This document shows positions 26,543 to 39,481 of a stretch of DNA of 64,000 nt, one piece after another. The position numbers and the translations under genes are program-made. This DNA is from Cetorhinus maximus (Eukaryota), in the NCBI RefSeq assembly GCF_964194155.1, contig NC_135882.1, forward strand, positions 22,692,001 through 22,756,000, read 5' to 3'. The notes beneath the pieces were generated by a model, which did not search any database, had not been told where the DNA came from, and was given only the letters and a program-made list of their open reading frames with translations. The first letter of the stretch is position 1. Each line of letters begins with the position of its first letter.

Positions 26543-27766
26543 TACAAGAACACGAGATAGGAACAGAAGACCACTATACGGCCCATCGAGCTTGCTCTGC
26601 CATTCAATATGATCATGGCTGACCTTGGGCTTAAAGTGGACTTTCCCACCTGCTCCCCATATCCCGTGATTCTCTGAGAGACCAAAAACCTGTCTTTTCC
26701 AGCCATAAATATATTCAATGGTGGCACATCCACAAGCCTCTGGGGTGAAGCACTCTTGAGTGAAGAAATTTCTCCTCATCTCGGTCCTAAATGATTGGCC
26801 CCTTATGCTGAGACCGTGTCCGCGTTTGAGATTCCCCAGCCAGTGGAAACAACCTCTCGGTGTCGAACCTGCAGCATAAATGCTGAGCTTTACAGGATGG
26901 CTATGTTTTGAAATGTACCTTTAACTCCAAGTAAAGCAGAGAATTCCGGATAAACACCAGAGATTGGAGATATGCCCATGTGATCTGGTTGCCACAGGTA
27001 GAGAAGCTCTAACAGAAACCCATTGAGGTGGGGGTGGCCGTTTTAACACCTTTTCACAGTATCTTGCATAAAAGGGCAGCTGCTGTTGGAGATACAGACA
27101 AAAAAGCAGTGGAGAAGCAAGGGAACTGCTTTTGTGTTAACAACCAAGCAGGGTGCTGGGGAGAGTTTGGATTCTGTTCCCAAAAAAGGGGGTGTGCTTT
27201 GCTGGTGGTATCATATCTGAGAAAACTTGGGCTGAGTGGAATGATTGTCGAAGGACACTGAAAGCTTCGACTTGGTGTGGGAGGGAGAAGTGAACCTCTG
27301 CTGGCAAAGCGGGAGTGATTGTGGGGCTCTTCCTATACTGCTACATATTGACTAGAAGCGTGGCATTGCGTAAAAATGTTTTGTAAGATGTATTTTAGTT
27401 GTGTTAGTTGGTGAATGCAAAACTTAATTTTTTCTTTGGCTTGGTGTATTACTTGCCTATTAATGTTTGATATGTGTTGATTTTAGTTTGTTACAGTAAA
27501 AGTCTCAAAAAATGAAATCTTGTCCGTCAGTCCTTTCCATTAGTCATTTGGGAAAATACATCTCTCTTTAAAAGGTATTGGTCCCTGCAGAGATCATAAC
27601 ACCTGTAAAGCCCCTTCAGAAACTTGTATGTTTCAATAAGATCACTCTCATTCTTCTAAACACCAGAGAGTATAGGCCCAATTTACTCAGCCTCTCATCA
27701 AAGAGAAACCCTCTCATTCCAGGGACCAGTCATATGAACTTTCACTGTACTGCCTCCAATGCAAGT
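26543..27766 (-). mobile_element. CR1 3' fragment split by an LTR-like insert (26543-26871 and 27602-27766)
   Basis: MRRNFFTQ motif; CR1 sequence is colinear across the insert. Confidence 0.88.
26872..27601 (+). mobile_element. Solo LTR-like insertion, 730 bp
   Basis: Flanked by CCTG (26868-26871 / 27602-27605); ends GATCATAACA; the 5' TG is only obtained by overlapping the duplication. Confidence 0.75.
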
Positions 27767-27802
27767 AGAGGAAAAATGGAAGATAGCCCTTCATTTTGGT
27801 GT

Positions 27803-28064
27803 AAAGGATGAAGGAAGGTGGAAGAATTATGACAGTAACATAGCTACTTCTGATGGAGAGCCATCAACCTGAAAAGATTGGGGGTGGGGGGGTGGTAGAA
27901 TTTTACTGCCCTCTCCTGAGCCTGCATATTTACAGGCCCATAATATGCCAGTTGGAGGAGGGGGAGCAGCAAAATCCCACCCCCTTCCAACTTTTCAGGT
28001 TGATGACTCTTCATCAGAAGTAGCTATGTTGCCGCCATAATTCTTCCACCTTCATTCATCCTTT
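27803..28064. repeat. Fold-back inverted duplication
   Basis: Arms 27803-27876 and 27991-28064 are reverse complements with few mismatches; inner arms also pair partially. Confidence 0.92.
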
Positions 28065-28409
28065 GTGCTAGAGTAGCTAGCTCATCGCCTCTGCCTCCCC
28101 GGCGACCCTGAATTTCAGTAGAGCTGCCGGTCGCTGATTGGCAGGTAACTCTCAGCGGGCGGGGCTTCTGCCTCTGGGAAACTTGATCCCTAGGAAGACC
28201 AGCCGCTATCTTGTTCAGTGCCTGAGTGACACTTAATGCGATGGGCCTCCCCAGAAAGAGGCAACGCAGGGCTCTCGCCAGCTCTCCAGCTGGCAGCTAG
28301 GTGAGATTCCCACGTCACTTCTATTAAATACGTGTGTGTGTGTGTGTGTCTCCACTGTAAAGTAATATTAGACATATAAATTGGGTGTTTGATGGATCCC
28401 TAGAGTTTT

Positions 28410-28672
28410 CCATGGGGCAGGTTGTGGGTGTCACTGACAAGGCCTAGCATTTGTTGCCCTTGAACTGAATGGCTTGTTCAGCCATTTCAGAGGGTGATTT
28501 AAGAATCCACCACATTGCTGCGGGTCTGGAGTCACATGTAGGTTACCAGACCATGTAAGGACGGCAGATTTCCTTCCCTAAAGGACGTTGGTGAACCAGA
28601 TGGGTTTTTACGACAATTGACAACGGTTTCAATTCTTTACTGAGAACTAGCTTTTCAATTCCAGGTAATTAA
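28410..28672 (-). mobile_element. tRNA-SINE 3' part
   Basis: GCAGATTTCCTTCCCTAAAGGAC..GTGAACCAGATGGGTTTTTAC is the reverse complement of the core at 37830-37880. Confidence 0.85.
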
Positions 28673-28726
28673 TTCTATTTCTTAAGTTTCTTTTAATGTT
28701 CAAAAGCTTTATCTCCTTTACACTAA

Positions 28727-29568
28727 GGGCAGGATTCTGATGTCTAAATGGGCCAGGGACTGAGATGGGAAAGTGTTTAATTTCCTGATGCCAGCCGTCA
28801 TGCTGGTTCCCCAGTGTCGTTCAGACAGTCAGCCATTTTGGTGATGGCGGCTGGGGTAAGGTGCAGGCAGGACCCGACAACCTGCTGGATTCAGAAAAAT
28901 GCCCATTTAAACCTGTTAACGAGCTTGTTATCTCGTTAAGGGCTAATCTGAATCAGTTTCTGGGAAGGCATGGGCTCCACGCTGGATCTGGCACAGTTCA
29001 ATCAAAGGAGGCAGCAACAGGGAGCAAGTCATGGCCACGTCACTCAGTGAGATGGACTCATAAAAGTGTGCACAGCTGAGAGGGGCACTCATCCACTTGC
29101 GCACGGTTGCCATCAGGTGAGCAGAGCTGGCGGAGCAAGTGGTCTGTGTGCACTTGGTCAGTGGAAGGGGTTGTGAACCTCCATCAGAGTGGGGGCACAG
29201 AAGGTATTGTGCATACAGCTGACTCCCAAGCAAGACAATAGCTGGAGGGGGTGGTGGTATTAAGGTACTTGGAGACAGGGACGTGTACCATGTGGATCAG
29301 CATCCTCAGGAGCAGAGCCCCAGGCATGCGGAGGATAGAGGAGAGGAATGAGGAGCGATGAAGGCCATACCCTCAGCATCAAATGTACAGCTTAAGAAGT
29401 TACCTGTACACATCAGAGAATCAGTGGTGCAGGAGACTGCACCTATCTAGACAGATGGAGACTGAGATTTGTGCCCTCATTGAAGAATACCTCAGCCCTC
29501 ACAGTATGAGTCACCATGCCCTGCCAGTGGCTGTTAAAGTCACTGTGGCCTCTCATTTTTATGGCTGA
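28727..29568 (+). mobile_element. Harbinger transposon 5' fragment (TIR plus transposase N-terminus)
   Basis: Starts GGGCAGGATTCT; ORF 29383-29568 RRLHLSRQMETEIC..ALPVAVKVTVASHFY is HARBI1-like and resembles 6250-6340. Confidence 0.82.
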
Positions 29569-29629
29569 GTCAAACTTTAATGAATCAGAGAGACACCAGT
29601 GTGAAATGAGCTCCCTTCAGGCAAGTAGG

Positions 29630-30282
29630 GAACGCAAGTGAAGGAAGGCAAATGGCATGTTGGCTTTTTATTGCAAGGGGATTGGAGTACAAGAATAGAG
29701 AAGTCCTGTTACAGTTGTACAGGGTTTTAGTGAGATGGCATCTAGAGTACTGTGTGCAGTTTTGGTCTCCACATTTAGGAAAGGATATATTCGCATTGGA
29801 GGCAGTGCAGCCAAGGTTCACTAAATTGGTCCCTGGGATAAAAGGGTTGGCCTATGACGAGAGGCTGAGTAAATTGGGCTTATATTTTCTGGAGTTTAGA
29901 AAATTAGGAGGCGATCTCATTGAAACCTACAAAATTCTGAGGGGGCTTTATTGGGTGGATGCTGAGAGAGTGTTTCCGCTGTTTGGGGAGTCTGAAACAC
30001 GGGCACAGTCTCGGGATAAGGGACGGATCATTTAGGATCAGATGAGGAGAAATTGCTTCACTGAAATGGTTTGGAATTTTCTACCCCAGAGGGTGTGGAT
30101 GCTCCATCGTTAAATACATTTGAGGCTGGGATGGACAGATTTTTGTCTCTCAGGGAATTAAGGGATGTGGGGAGCGGTTGGGAAAATGGAGTTGAAGCCC
30201 AAGATACCGTGATTGTATCGAATGATGAGCAGCTTGATGGGCCGTGTGGTCTACCCTTGCTCCTATCTCTTGTGCTTTCGTG
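29630..30282 (+). mobile_element. CR1 3' fragment
   Basis: ORF 29652-30035 ARGLEYKNREVLLQLYRVLVRWHLEYCVQFWSP..GDLIETYK. Confidence 0.93.
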
Positions 30283-30490
30283 AACTGAAGGGTGTGGGGT
30301 TTGTTTTCATAACAGAGAGGAGTGGAATCGTCTGGAGTAAAATGTTTAGTGGAGCAGACAATGTTTTTTGTGGACCTACAACAGCTAGGTGGAAATGCTT
30401 GACATACAATACCTACAAACAATGCTTTCACTGGCTGCAGCGGAGATTCCTTTAAATGGGCACCTCGTTGCTTCAAAGTGCCCTTATTTG

Positions 30491-31062
30491 GGGCAGACTT
30501 TTTGCCCCAATTTGGAGATGAGGACAGAGGCAGGCGGGCATGTGATTTCACACCGACGGCCAGCAAACTGGCCTGCTGGCACCATCCCATCCCTGAGCCA
30601 TTTTTTTGGGCGGCAGTTCGGGGGTGGAACAGCTTCCTGTCAGCAAGTGGCGGTGTCTTATGAAGCCAGTTAAAGCCATTGATCAGAGGGTGGCTGGGGT
30701 AGCACTTGATGCAGACCTTGAGGGCCCTCCCCGCCCACCTACCTGGCCACAGCTGTGACTGCTGGCTGCCCTGTGGAAAGGTTCCTCCTCCTCAAGCGAT
30801 GGTCTGGCCGCTATAGCTTTCTTTTTATTGCGGATTTTTTTTTTATATCATTGCTGAGAGGGTGCCTCAAGATGGCAGCAACAGGCTGCAGCTCCTTCCA
30901 TGCTGGAGGGCCTCCTGTAGGATGGCGAGTGCACCCTCTGGCCACTCATTGCCCAGTCAAGGCAAAAACTCTGTCGGGTGACTGCTCCCAACATGCTGCG
31001 GGATCGGAACCTGCATTTGAGCCCCACTACGGGGTCCCGATCCAAAACGCAGAGTCCTGCCC
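30491..31062. mobile_element. Harbinger-type MITE, 572 bp
   Basis: TIRs GGGCAGACT / AGTCCTGCCC; 3-bp TSD TTG on both sides. Confidence 0.8.
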
Positions 31063-31869
31063 TTGGTGAGGGAAGGCAGGAAATGTTGTAAGCAGGCAGA
31101 GGCAAATTTGCCACTGGGGACTGTGGCGAAATCATTTGATCCCAATTACCATATCTTCGTGAAGGTCCCGTCTGCTTCTGTGAGGAGCCCTGACGGATTG
31201 GATTAACGCACGCTCGATAATCAGAATGGATGACCAGTCACTGCTTCTCTTTCCTTCTGTCTTTTGGTCTCGCTACCTCCCCATTTTTTCAGCACAAGGT
31301 GCTCAGCGAATGTGCTTCTTTACAGCGGGCTATCAAGGTTTAGTGGAGCAAGTAGCCCTATCACAAAGTTGGACGCAATATATATTTATAATTTTCCTTG
31401 GTTCATTATAGTGGGAAGAAAATTGTAAGCAGCTAGTACCCAGATTTGTGGTGAAGGCTTCCAACCAGCCCAAGCTTTTACAACCCAGCATGGAAGAGAA
31501 AAAGGTGCTCAGGTGTATCAATTGGTACTTTTTGAGAAGAGAATTAGAAATGGGATTGAATGCTAGAGATAAGTATGGGTTGTAATGATCATACAGTCCA
31601 TGATATGCAGTGGCTGCTAGAGCCATGGGGATGTCATCTATGACCAACAAGGATTGGACGCTAACAGTGTAAGTATAAATAGTTATCTAGTTTGCTCAAG
31701 TGCCTTTTGGAGTCGAGGAGGAATTTGCTAGAATTTTCTCTGAGATTATCAAGTGGAATAGAACCTGCATTGAGATAAATTGGACATGGCCTGTAGAAGG
31801 TGAAGGATTCATGTTTTATATTCTTAAAATATATTATAAATGTATAAAATTATTGTGAGATGCACACAA

Positions 31870-32142
31870 CTTTGGAAGCTTTTTCTCCTGGTAAGAAAGC
31901 CTAGAACAAGAGGTTGTAGTCTCAGGACAAGAGGTTGGCTATTTAGAACTTAAATGAGTAGAAATGTCTTCACCTTAGAGGTTGTGGCTCTTTGGAATTC
32001 TCTGCCCCGCGGGGGCTGTGAATGCTCAGTTGGTGAATATATTCAAGGCTGAGTGATGGACCCTTGGGCACTAAAGGGATCAAGGGTTGTGCGATAGAAC
32101 TGAAAAATGGAGTTGAGTTAGAAGATCAGCCATTGTTAATGG
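31870..32142 (+). mobile_element. Old CR1 3' fragment
   Basis: CTAGAACAAGAGG..AGAAATGTCTTCAC..TGGAATTCTCT..GATCAGCCAT. Confidence 0.8.
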
Positions 32143-33739
32143 TACATTATCAAGGTTACGAATACACAGGTTGAAGGGGGTCGTTTATATGTGCTCTACG
32201 TACTTATTTAAATAGAGACTGCCAAGACACTGGGGGGTGTTAGTAAGCCAGAGTGGCAGACATAAATGCTGCGTTCTGTAAATAAAGCTTATATCAAGAA
32301 AAGGAATGGTGTCCAGTGTCATATTTTGCCATTTGGTTTGGCTGCCTTAATAGCCATGACTTTATTGCATGCTGGAAAAGACACAATGAGCTGTATGATC
32401 CTATGTTCTTACAAGAGCATAGTTTACACACCTGATTTTACAGTGCATAAGTCCATCAGATCACTGTAATCCTCACTTATTGCACTTGCTGATTTGAGCA
32501 AGGTGAATTGAATCACACACAAACTATCTGCCTTGTAATACGGACATGGCATTGGGAGATTATGCTCATTTTTCTTGTAATGTTCATTTTAATGCAAGAT
32601 CTGCACATTTCAAACCTATGCTCCCCCCCCACAGTTCTTATTATTTGCCAGATATACTTTGCTTTTAATTTGTTCAAATTCAGAGTGCCAGTGAGGGTAT
32701 CAAAGTACAAATCTTTTGAGAGAAAAAGGATAATTTTTAGACAGGCCCAGTGGAAAATTACTTTGGCTTCCTTTTGCGTTAAGCATCTTTATCCTATCCC
32801 CTATCCTTGTCCTATTCATTAGAGGGCTTATATCAGAGTATAAACAGATTTATTATTCTTTATCCTGCTCTTTGATTATACCACTGCAATCTCTGCACAG
32901 ATTAACAAATGCAGATTAAAAGATTTCTGGATTAGTGACTAAGTGAGCTCTGTGCACTGAAGCAAATCAACACCAATCTGACTGTTTGCCACATCAAGGA
33001 GCTTTCTCGCAATCCTCATCTCAATTTTAAATTCATCCGTGCTTTATTTAGCTGAGGCAAGTCCTCCAGAAATGTGCAGAATTATCTTCTACGCCAGTGT
33101 TTTGAGCTTAATTTGGTATAGTAATATCTCACAAAATTATACTTTCAATTGCTTCTGTGTGCTGAAATTTTACTGTGTTATTTTTAGTTTTGTGTCAAAT
33201 CCTTGCGTATGTGATTTTGACAAAGCCCTTTACTTTTAACCGATTTTTAACCACTTACTGCACGTATCAACGAGTGTCCGAAAAAAAAAGTGGAAGAAAT
33301 GTTTAATGCTGGCTGGTGCCCTGTGACATTCCAAATGGTAATGAAAATCAGGCAGGTTGTATAATGGGTAGTGGATTTATAATGCCAGATTTATAACTGG
33401 GCAGCAATTTAGAAATCTACCCCTGGGAGTCGAGATCAAATGGTAGCATCAGATCAGCTGAAGCAAAATTAAACTGTAAGGAATAATTTAATCAGAATTG
33501 TAGAAGTAATTCAATCCCCATTTTACCTTCTGTCTGTATTTTTATACAATTCTTTCATTTAATAGCATTTATTAAATAGTAAAGCTTGCAGCAGTTTGCA
33601 AAACAGAAAATTAGAATTGGTAGGAGTTTGTGTTTTGGAGCAGCACAGACAAAGGAACAGAGAGATCCAAAACTGTAACTTGCCACTACTGTTGGGAGGT
33701 TAAATTACAGTATGACAATTTCACACACACAGTTAAGAA

Positions 33740-33880
33740 TTTAAAAAGGAGCAGGACCAGCCCCTTTGACGCTGCATCACCATTCAATAAGGTCATGTCT
33801 GATCTTTGACCTCAACTCCACTTTCCCACCCTTGTCTCTCTTTATTCCCTTAACAGTCCAAAAATCTAACAATCTCAGTT
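33740..33880 (-). mobile_element. CR1 3'UTR fragment
   Basis: CACCATTCAATAAGGTCATGTCTGATCT..CTCAACTCCAC. Confidence 0.75.
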
Positions 33881-34204
33881 TCCATTAAAAATGCACACAT
33901 AAGAAGTCATAACATAAAAAATTAATTGCTACTGTGTGTACCAGTAATAAATTATGAGTTGATATTGGAGATTGAAACATACAAGAACAGAAAATAACCT
34001 TATGTCGAGTTCAGAAGAAAAAACTGTGGAAAGAAAAATTCCTCCCTGATTTCCAGAATTGATCGAGTAAGTTCTAGGAAACCATGATGATTGGTACGAC
34101 TATTCCCACCAACCCATTCATCTTCTGTGACTCAAGATACCTTTCACCTGGAGGGACTCATCCAGCTTCCATTTGTAGCCTTGTAGTAACCAAGTGTAGT
34201 CTTC

Positions 34205-34287
34205 CACATTCTTTGGATGTGAGTGTCACAGCATGGCCAGCATTTATTGCCCATCCCAAATTGCCCTTGAGAAGGTGGTGATGGTGA
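34205..34287 (-). mobile_element. LINE/SINE tail fragment
   Basis: GGCCAGCATTTATTGCCCATCCCAAATTGCCCTTGAGAAGGTGGTG. Confidence 0.8.
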
Positions 34288-36217
34288 GATGCCAGGGGAA
34301 GCAGGGTTAAAGGGAAAGGGCACAATTGGTCAAAATGCACAGCAGTAATTCAGTACACATCTTAATAAGTAATCTTTATTTTTATATTTCTATTCTAAAT
34401 CCTTATGTCCACCATTATAATGGAGACTTCCTATGTAAATGTCACATTGTAATTACATTCTTCTGCCTGTGGTGGTTCAGTCCACCATGATATTGGAACC
34501 TAAAAGTGAAATACAATATTCCTTGAACTTCACAACAAAGGTATTTAAAATAAAATAAGGTTCAGGTCTTCCAAAAGCAATGGCAGTGAATGCTCAGACA
34601 TTTGCTGCTGTTGTGCATTGCGGCCCATTGGAAACCTTGACCCCCACACAAGCACAATAATTGCCTGGAATGTTTACAATTCTGGGTGGCAGGTTTGCGC
34701 TGCCCAGGGCCCTTGGAAAGTGTCTCCGGCACTGACCTCCGCGTCAGAGATTCGGGCCCTGTTGTGCGATGTTTAACTCTAGTATTGTCCTGCTGTCAAT
34801 CACTGACCTACACCAGAAATTAACAGTGGTGCCCCACCCCACCTCCCCTATGCACCCACACCCACCTCACCTCCCCCATCTCTCCTCAGTTCCATTCATC
34901 CCTCAACCACCGCCCCCACCCCCACCAAACTCCACTGAGACCCTTTAGACCTTTAAAATAAATTACCTGTAGATGGCCGCAGGCGTCATAAAAAGAGAGC
35001 ATGTCTCCTTGACTGCTGCCCTTCGTCGTTGCTCCCTGTGAGTGGCTGCATTGAGGGATCAGTGCTCCAGCCAGGACAGGATGACCTGGTTGCAAGGGCT
35101 GTAAAATGTAGAGTCGTAATTATCTTTGCAGTCAGTGACGATCCCCCTGGTATCAGATGTGTGCGGTTCTATGATTCTGTGTTGCAGTCATTTAAGAAGT
35201 CAAGTGATGCTTTGCTTCATGGTTTGTGATATCGCCTGACTCCCTCAACTCTGAACTTGCTGCCTTGGAATCATGCTCATATGTCCTCAGTCTCTGTCCA
35301 CTTGATTGAAAGACACATCAAGTCCTTTAGAATTATTCTCCATTGCATGTCCACTAGCTGAGCAGCTGATGTGCTTCAGCTGTCCAATATAATAGACACC
35401 ACTGTCCATTTGCAGAGCGATTAATCTATCATGCATGCAACATTTAGGGGTGCTTGAGCAGCTAGAGGCTTTATTTCAGACCCACCAGGGGGATTTATAA
35501 CTCTCTAGGCCTGACAGAATCGAAGAGCGAGCAGTTAATTCTAATTGTAACTTGTAGCTCCTTTACTGGCCTGACGTGGCATTTTAACACGGCTGTCAAC
35601 CTAGGGGAGATCCTACCACATACGTTTGAACTTAGATCCTTCAATGGCCCACTGGGCAATGTATCTGGCTGTCAAGAAGTGGAGACCATTACATGAAAAT
35701 ATTAGAATTATTTTTATGGGACTAGGAGGAGAAAGTGTTCTTGACAGGAAGATGCCTAAACAGGGGAGATTCCTACTGCTGCTCCTCCAAGCACAAATAC
35801 AAAAGTTCAGGCTTCCTCTGCCATAGGCCTCCTCTTCGTTCCCTAACCAAACCTCGTTACTGGTGATTGTTTTCATGGTGTTGGCCTCCCTGCGGCCTGA
35901 AATTCCACCTACTCCCCCAGCTTTCTGCCCTTTTTTCGGGCAGGCAACCACTCAGGGACATTCAGGTTAGATTTTGGATTTAAAACGCTGCCAATCTCTA
36001 GAGGGTTTAACATTTGCCACCTCCCCCTCCCTCCCACTTGATTTCTGTTCCCACTTCAAATGTGACTCTAATCAATATTCTTACAAAGATTTCTGACCAT
36101 ATTGGGAGGAGTGCCCATCAATAAGTGAATGGCAGTGGCTGGTGCAGATGTTGGCCATGTTCCTTAGGGCAACTTAACCTTCCTGCTACCCTGCTTAATT
36201 GAGTAAAGGCTGAAAGA

Positions 36218-36492
36218 GTTTGTATTGATATAGCACCTTCTCATGGCCTCAGAGCATTCCAAAGTGCTTCACAGTCAATGAATTACTTTTGAAGTGTGAC
36301 TATTGTTGTAATACAGTGTCTATTATGACCATTTGACTATTGTTGTAATGTAAGGAAACTTGCACAACAAGATCCTACAAAGAGCTATATGGTAATGGTC
36401 AACTGGTTGAGCGATAAATGTTGGCCCGAACATTGGGGGAACTCCCCTATTTCTTCGATCTGGGGCTGGGGATATTACACATACATCTGAAA
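36218..36492 (+). mobile_element. Deu-domain SINE fragment
   Basis: CAAAGTGCTTCACAGTCAATGAATTACTTTTGAAGTGT..GATAAATGTTGGCC..GGGAACTCCCC. Confidence 0.75.
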
Positions 36493-37657
36493 GCGTAGCC
36501 TGTACAATTATAGTTTGGTTTGTAAAACCCTGTTGTCAGGTCAGGCATTTACCACCTAGACATACCACGGGGTAAAGCAGGGACATGTGCTTCACATGAA
36601 TGTGATGGCAAGTGAATTCCACTTCTCAATGAGCAGCTTCTTAATTAAATCTTTGATAATAAGGAACTTCTTATAAGTAAAATTGAAAATTTCCATTGAA
36701 GAATTTAGAGATTAGGCAAAAGGTTCACCTTGGTCAGTGTAGCAAGCTGGAAAGGATCTGGTCTCCAGGAGAACTGAGAGCCATTTTTTTTTTTTTACTT
36801 GTCCTGACTTCATTGCCAGTTCTAAATGGCTCTTAAGGGTAGATTTTAATTCTTGGGTAGCCAGCCGGTGGAGCAGGCAGACCAGCTTGGCCAATACTGC
36901 CTGGAAGAATCTTGGTCCATTTCGAGAGCCAGGTATTCTTAACCACACTGATGACCTGGGCATCCCAAGCAGGCATCCCACTTGTAGCTCCCTGGCTCCT
37001 TGCTTGTGCGATATCAGATAGTTTTGGTGGGAAAGGGGACTAAGTTGTGTGAGGAAGGGGCTGGGTTAAGGCCAGAGTGTCAGGGGACAACATTACTCTT
37101 TTAGAATCACGATGAGTGCTCCTCTGGCCCCACAAAATTAATTTCACTTTTTTCTTTGAAGCCTCTTCCTCTTCAGCATTTAGAACAAGTTATAGACGTT
37201 ATATTTAATTATATTTGTATATTTTTTTAAATCAATTTATATTTATATTTAATGCTTTTTTCATCCAGTTATTCCCCCAAAATTGTATTGGGACCCCGTG
37301 AGGCAGAGATTTTCCTAAGCAATTAGTCTCCCACTTAATTCAGACAAGTACTAGGGCCACCAAGCCGATGACCCAGTAGTTTGGCACAATAGCGGGAACA
37401 GGGTAGGACGTTGACCACAACTAATTTAACTGCAGTCTTTCCCTGTGCCTTTCAAGTAGGCAGAGTTACAATTGACCCTTTCTTGTTTAGGTGTTCAAAC
37501 CTCATGATGGGAGGATTCGCCAGTTTTAGTGCATTTCTAGTAAGTTGCACATGATTGATGCTCTTACTCCCATCCTGATGGGTGCTGCCTGCCACATTGT
37601 GTGTGCTGAGCTCCACAAAGATATGTGACTGCGAACGCGGACCTCTGCACCTGATAA

Positions 37658-38028
37658 GGAGATGGTGGCATAGTGGTAATGTTACTGGACTACTAATCCA
37701 GAGGCCCTGGTTAATGCTCTGGGGACATGGGTTCAAATCCCACCATGGCAGCTGATGGTATTTAAATTCAATTAATAATTTGGAATTGATAAGCTAGCTC
37801 CAGTGATGGTGACCGTTAAACCATTGTTGTAAAAACCCATCTGGTTCACTCGTGACCTTTAAGGAAAGAAATCTGCCATTCTTACCTGGTCTGGCCTACA
37901 TGTGACTCCAAACCCCCAGCAGCACCCTTAAGTGCTCCCTGAAATGCTGTGACAAGCAACAAATGCTGGCCTTGCCAGCAATGCCCAAATACCATGAAAG
38001 AAAAATTTAAAAATTTAAAAAAAAAAGA
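37658..38028 (+). mobile_element. Near full-length tRNA-derived SINE with family 2 LINE tail
   Basis: A-box TGGCATAGTGG, B-box GGTTCAAATCC, core AAAACCCATCTGGTTCAC, tail AATGCTGGCCTTGCCAGC plus A-rich end. Confidence 0.9.
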
Positions 38029-38169
38029 GGGTCCAGTGCCCCTAAGAACTTCAGTGCTCCAGGTGACTGCCCTCCATTATCAGCCAGTGTATTCCTTGGA
38101 ACATCCAGCAGCTCAAATTATTGTGTAGAACATAACAAAGAATGCTCCAGGTTGTTCTGTCCTTGATGA

Positions 38170-38620
38170 GATTGAGCGTTGTGGCAGACAATGTAGAATA
38201 GTGCAGCGCCAAAGAGGGTTTCAGCTCATCGAGTTCACACCAGTTCGTTTGCAGGGCAATCCAGTTAGTCACACTTTCTTATTCTCTCCCATATCCCTGC
38301 ATTTTTTCTCTTTCAAGATTACCATTCAATCTCTGTCCACCACTATTATCAGGTCGTGCATTCCAAATCCTAATCGCACACATAAGAAGATTTTCCTTAT
38401 ATCGCCTCTGCTTCTTTTGCCAATCACCTCAAATCTGTGCCCTCTGATTATCAACTCTTCAGCCATTGGAAAAGGTTTCTCTTCATTTAGTGATTTTAAA
38501 CATCCCTATCAAATCTCCTCTTAGCCTTCTCTGCACAATTGCAATCATCCACGTAAGTGTAATCCCTCATCCGGCCCTGAACCGGCTCCAGCAAATCTCT
38601 TCCATACCCTCTCCAAAACA
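38170..38620 (-). mobile_element. Old deleted CR1 3' fragment
   Basis: TTCCAAATCCTAATC..TTTGCCAATCACCTCAAATCTGTGCCCTCTG..CCCTATCAAATCTCCTCTTAGCCTTCT. Confidence 0.75.
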
Positions 38621-39481
38621 TGTACTTGCAATCAAACCACGTAAAACTTGACTCTCAATTCAAAATTATTTCATTGCGGCTAAAAGGGAACTAACATATT
38701 GGATATTATCACATGATCTATTATCTGCCCATACCAGATACAATAAGCAGCATGAGGAACTTGCAGATAAATATGCAGATAAACAGTGAGAGATATTCTG
38801 AAGAAATTTAAATTTTGGATATTTCAAAATATGAAAAGTCCATTAATGTTAGATGCCCCCATGTGGCTGGGGACTTGATCACTGTCTGCTAATACTTATC
38901 CGCTGCTGTCGTCTGTGCAGAGATTAAAAAGTGAAAGCTGCTTTACTACATGACTATCTGGCCTGTTCAGTAATCTTTCCTTGTCTCATCGGTTGAATTT
39001 CGTAAGTCATCACTAGACATGGGGAGATTTGGTTGCCCCCCCTCCAACATCTAGGGCAATTAAAAATGAAAGAACAGCAACAGCAGTTAGCAGACATGAC
39101 CTTGAACTGTCTGTAACGTGGAATGTTACATAAACTTGACCAGATTGCCAGTACATAGGCTTTGACAGGCTGTTCCAGATGTCAATGCTATACAGTACAA
39201 ACTGGAACATTAATAGAGGGAGTCAGGTATTGGTTATGTTAGAATGCAAGAATGTTTCATCAAGGAGAAATGTGGCAATAGTGCTGGAAGACCTCTGAGG
39301 GAGTCGCAGCTTCTAATTCTACTGGTTTGTTAATCTAATGACCCACTCAGTGATGGAGGGAAAATAAAAGGATCAAATTCCTCCCTGCCACATTGGTGCT
39401 GGACAAGAGCATTGCATTTAGTCACTAGGATTTCCTGCCCTGGGTCATTCTAGCACAGCCCTGTGCCCTGGCAGGGTCTAC

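Noticed and set aside
27990-28025. Active hammerhead ribozyme (CTGATGA...GAAA on -)
   Set aside because: Stem II is mismatched and the stem III/cleavage region is lost; I found no fully intact copy in the window
36298-36349. GACTATTGTTGTAAT direct repeat around 22 bp; similar short duplications at ~21680-21720 and ~24506-24529
   Set aside because: Ordinary slippage or repair duplications
37658-37750. tRNA gene (also at 40226 and 41140)
   Set aside because: SINE heads with A/B boxes but no complete cloverleaf
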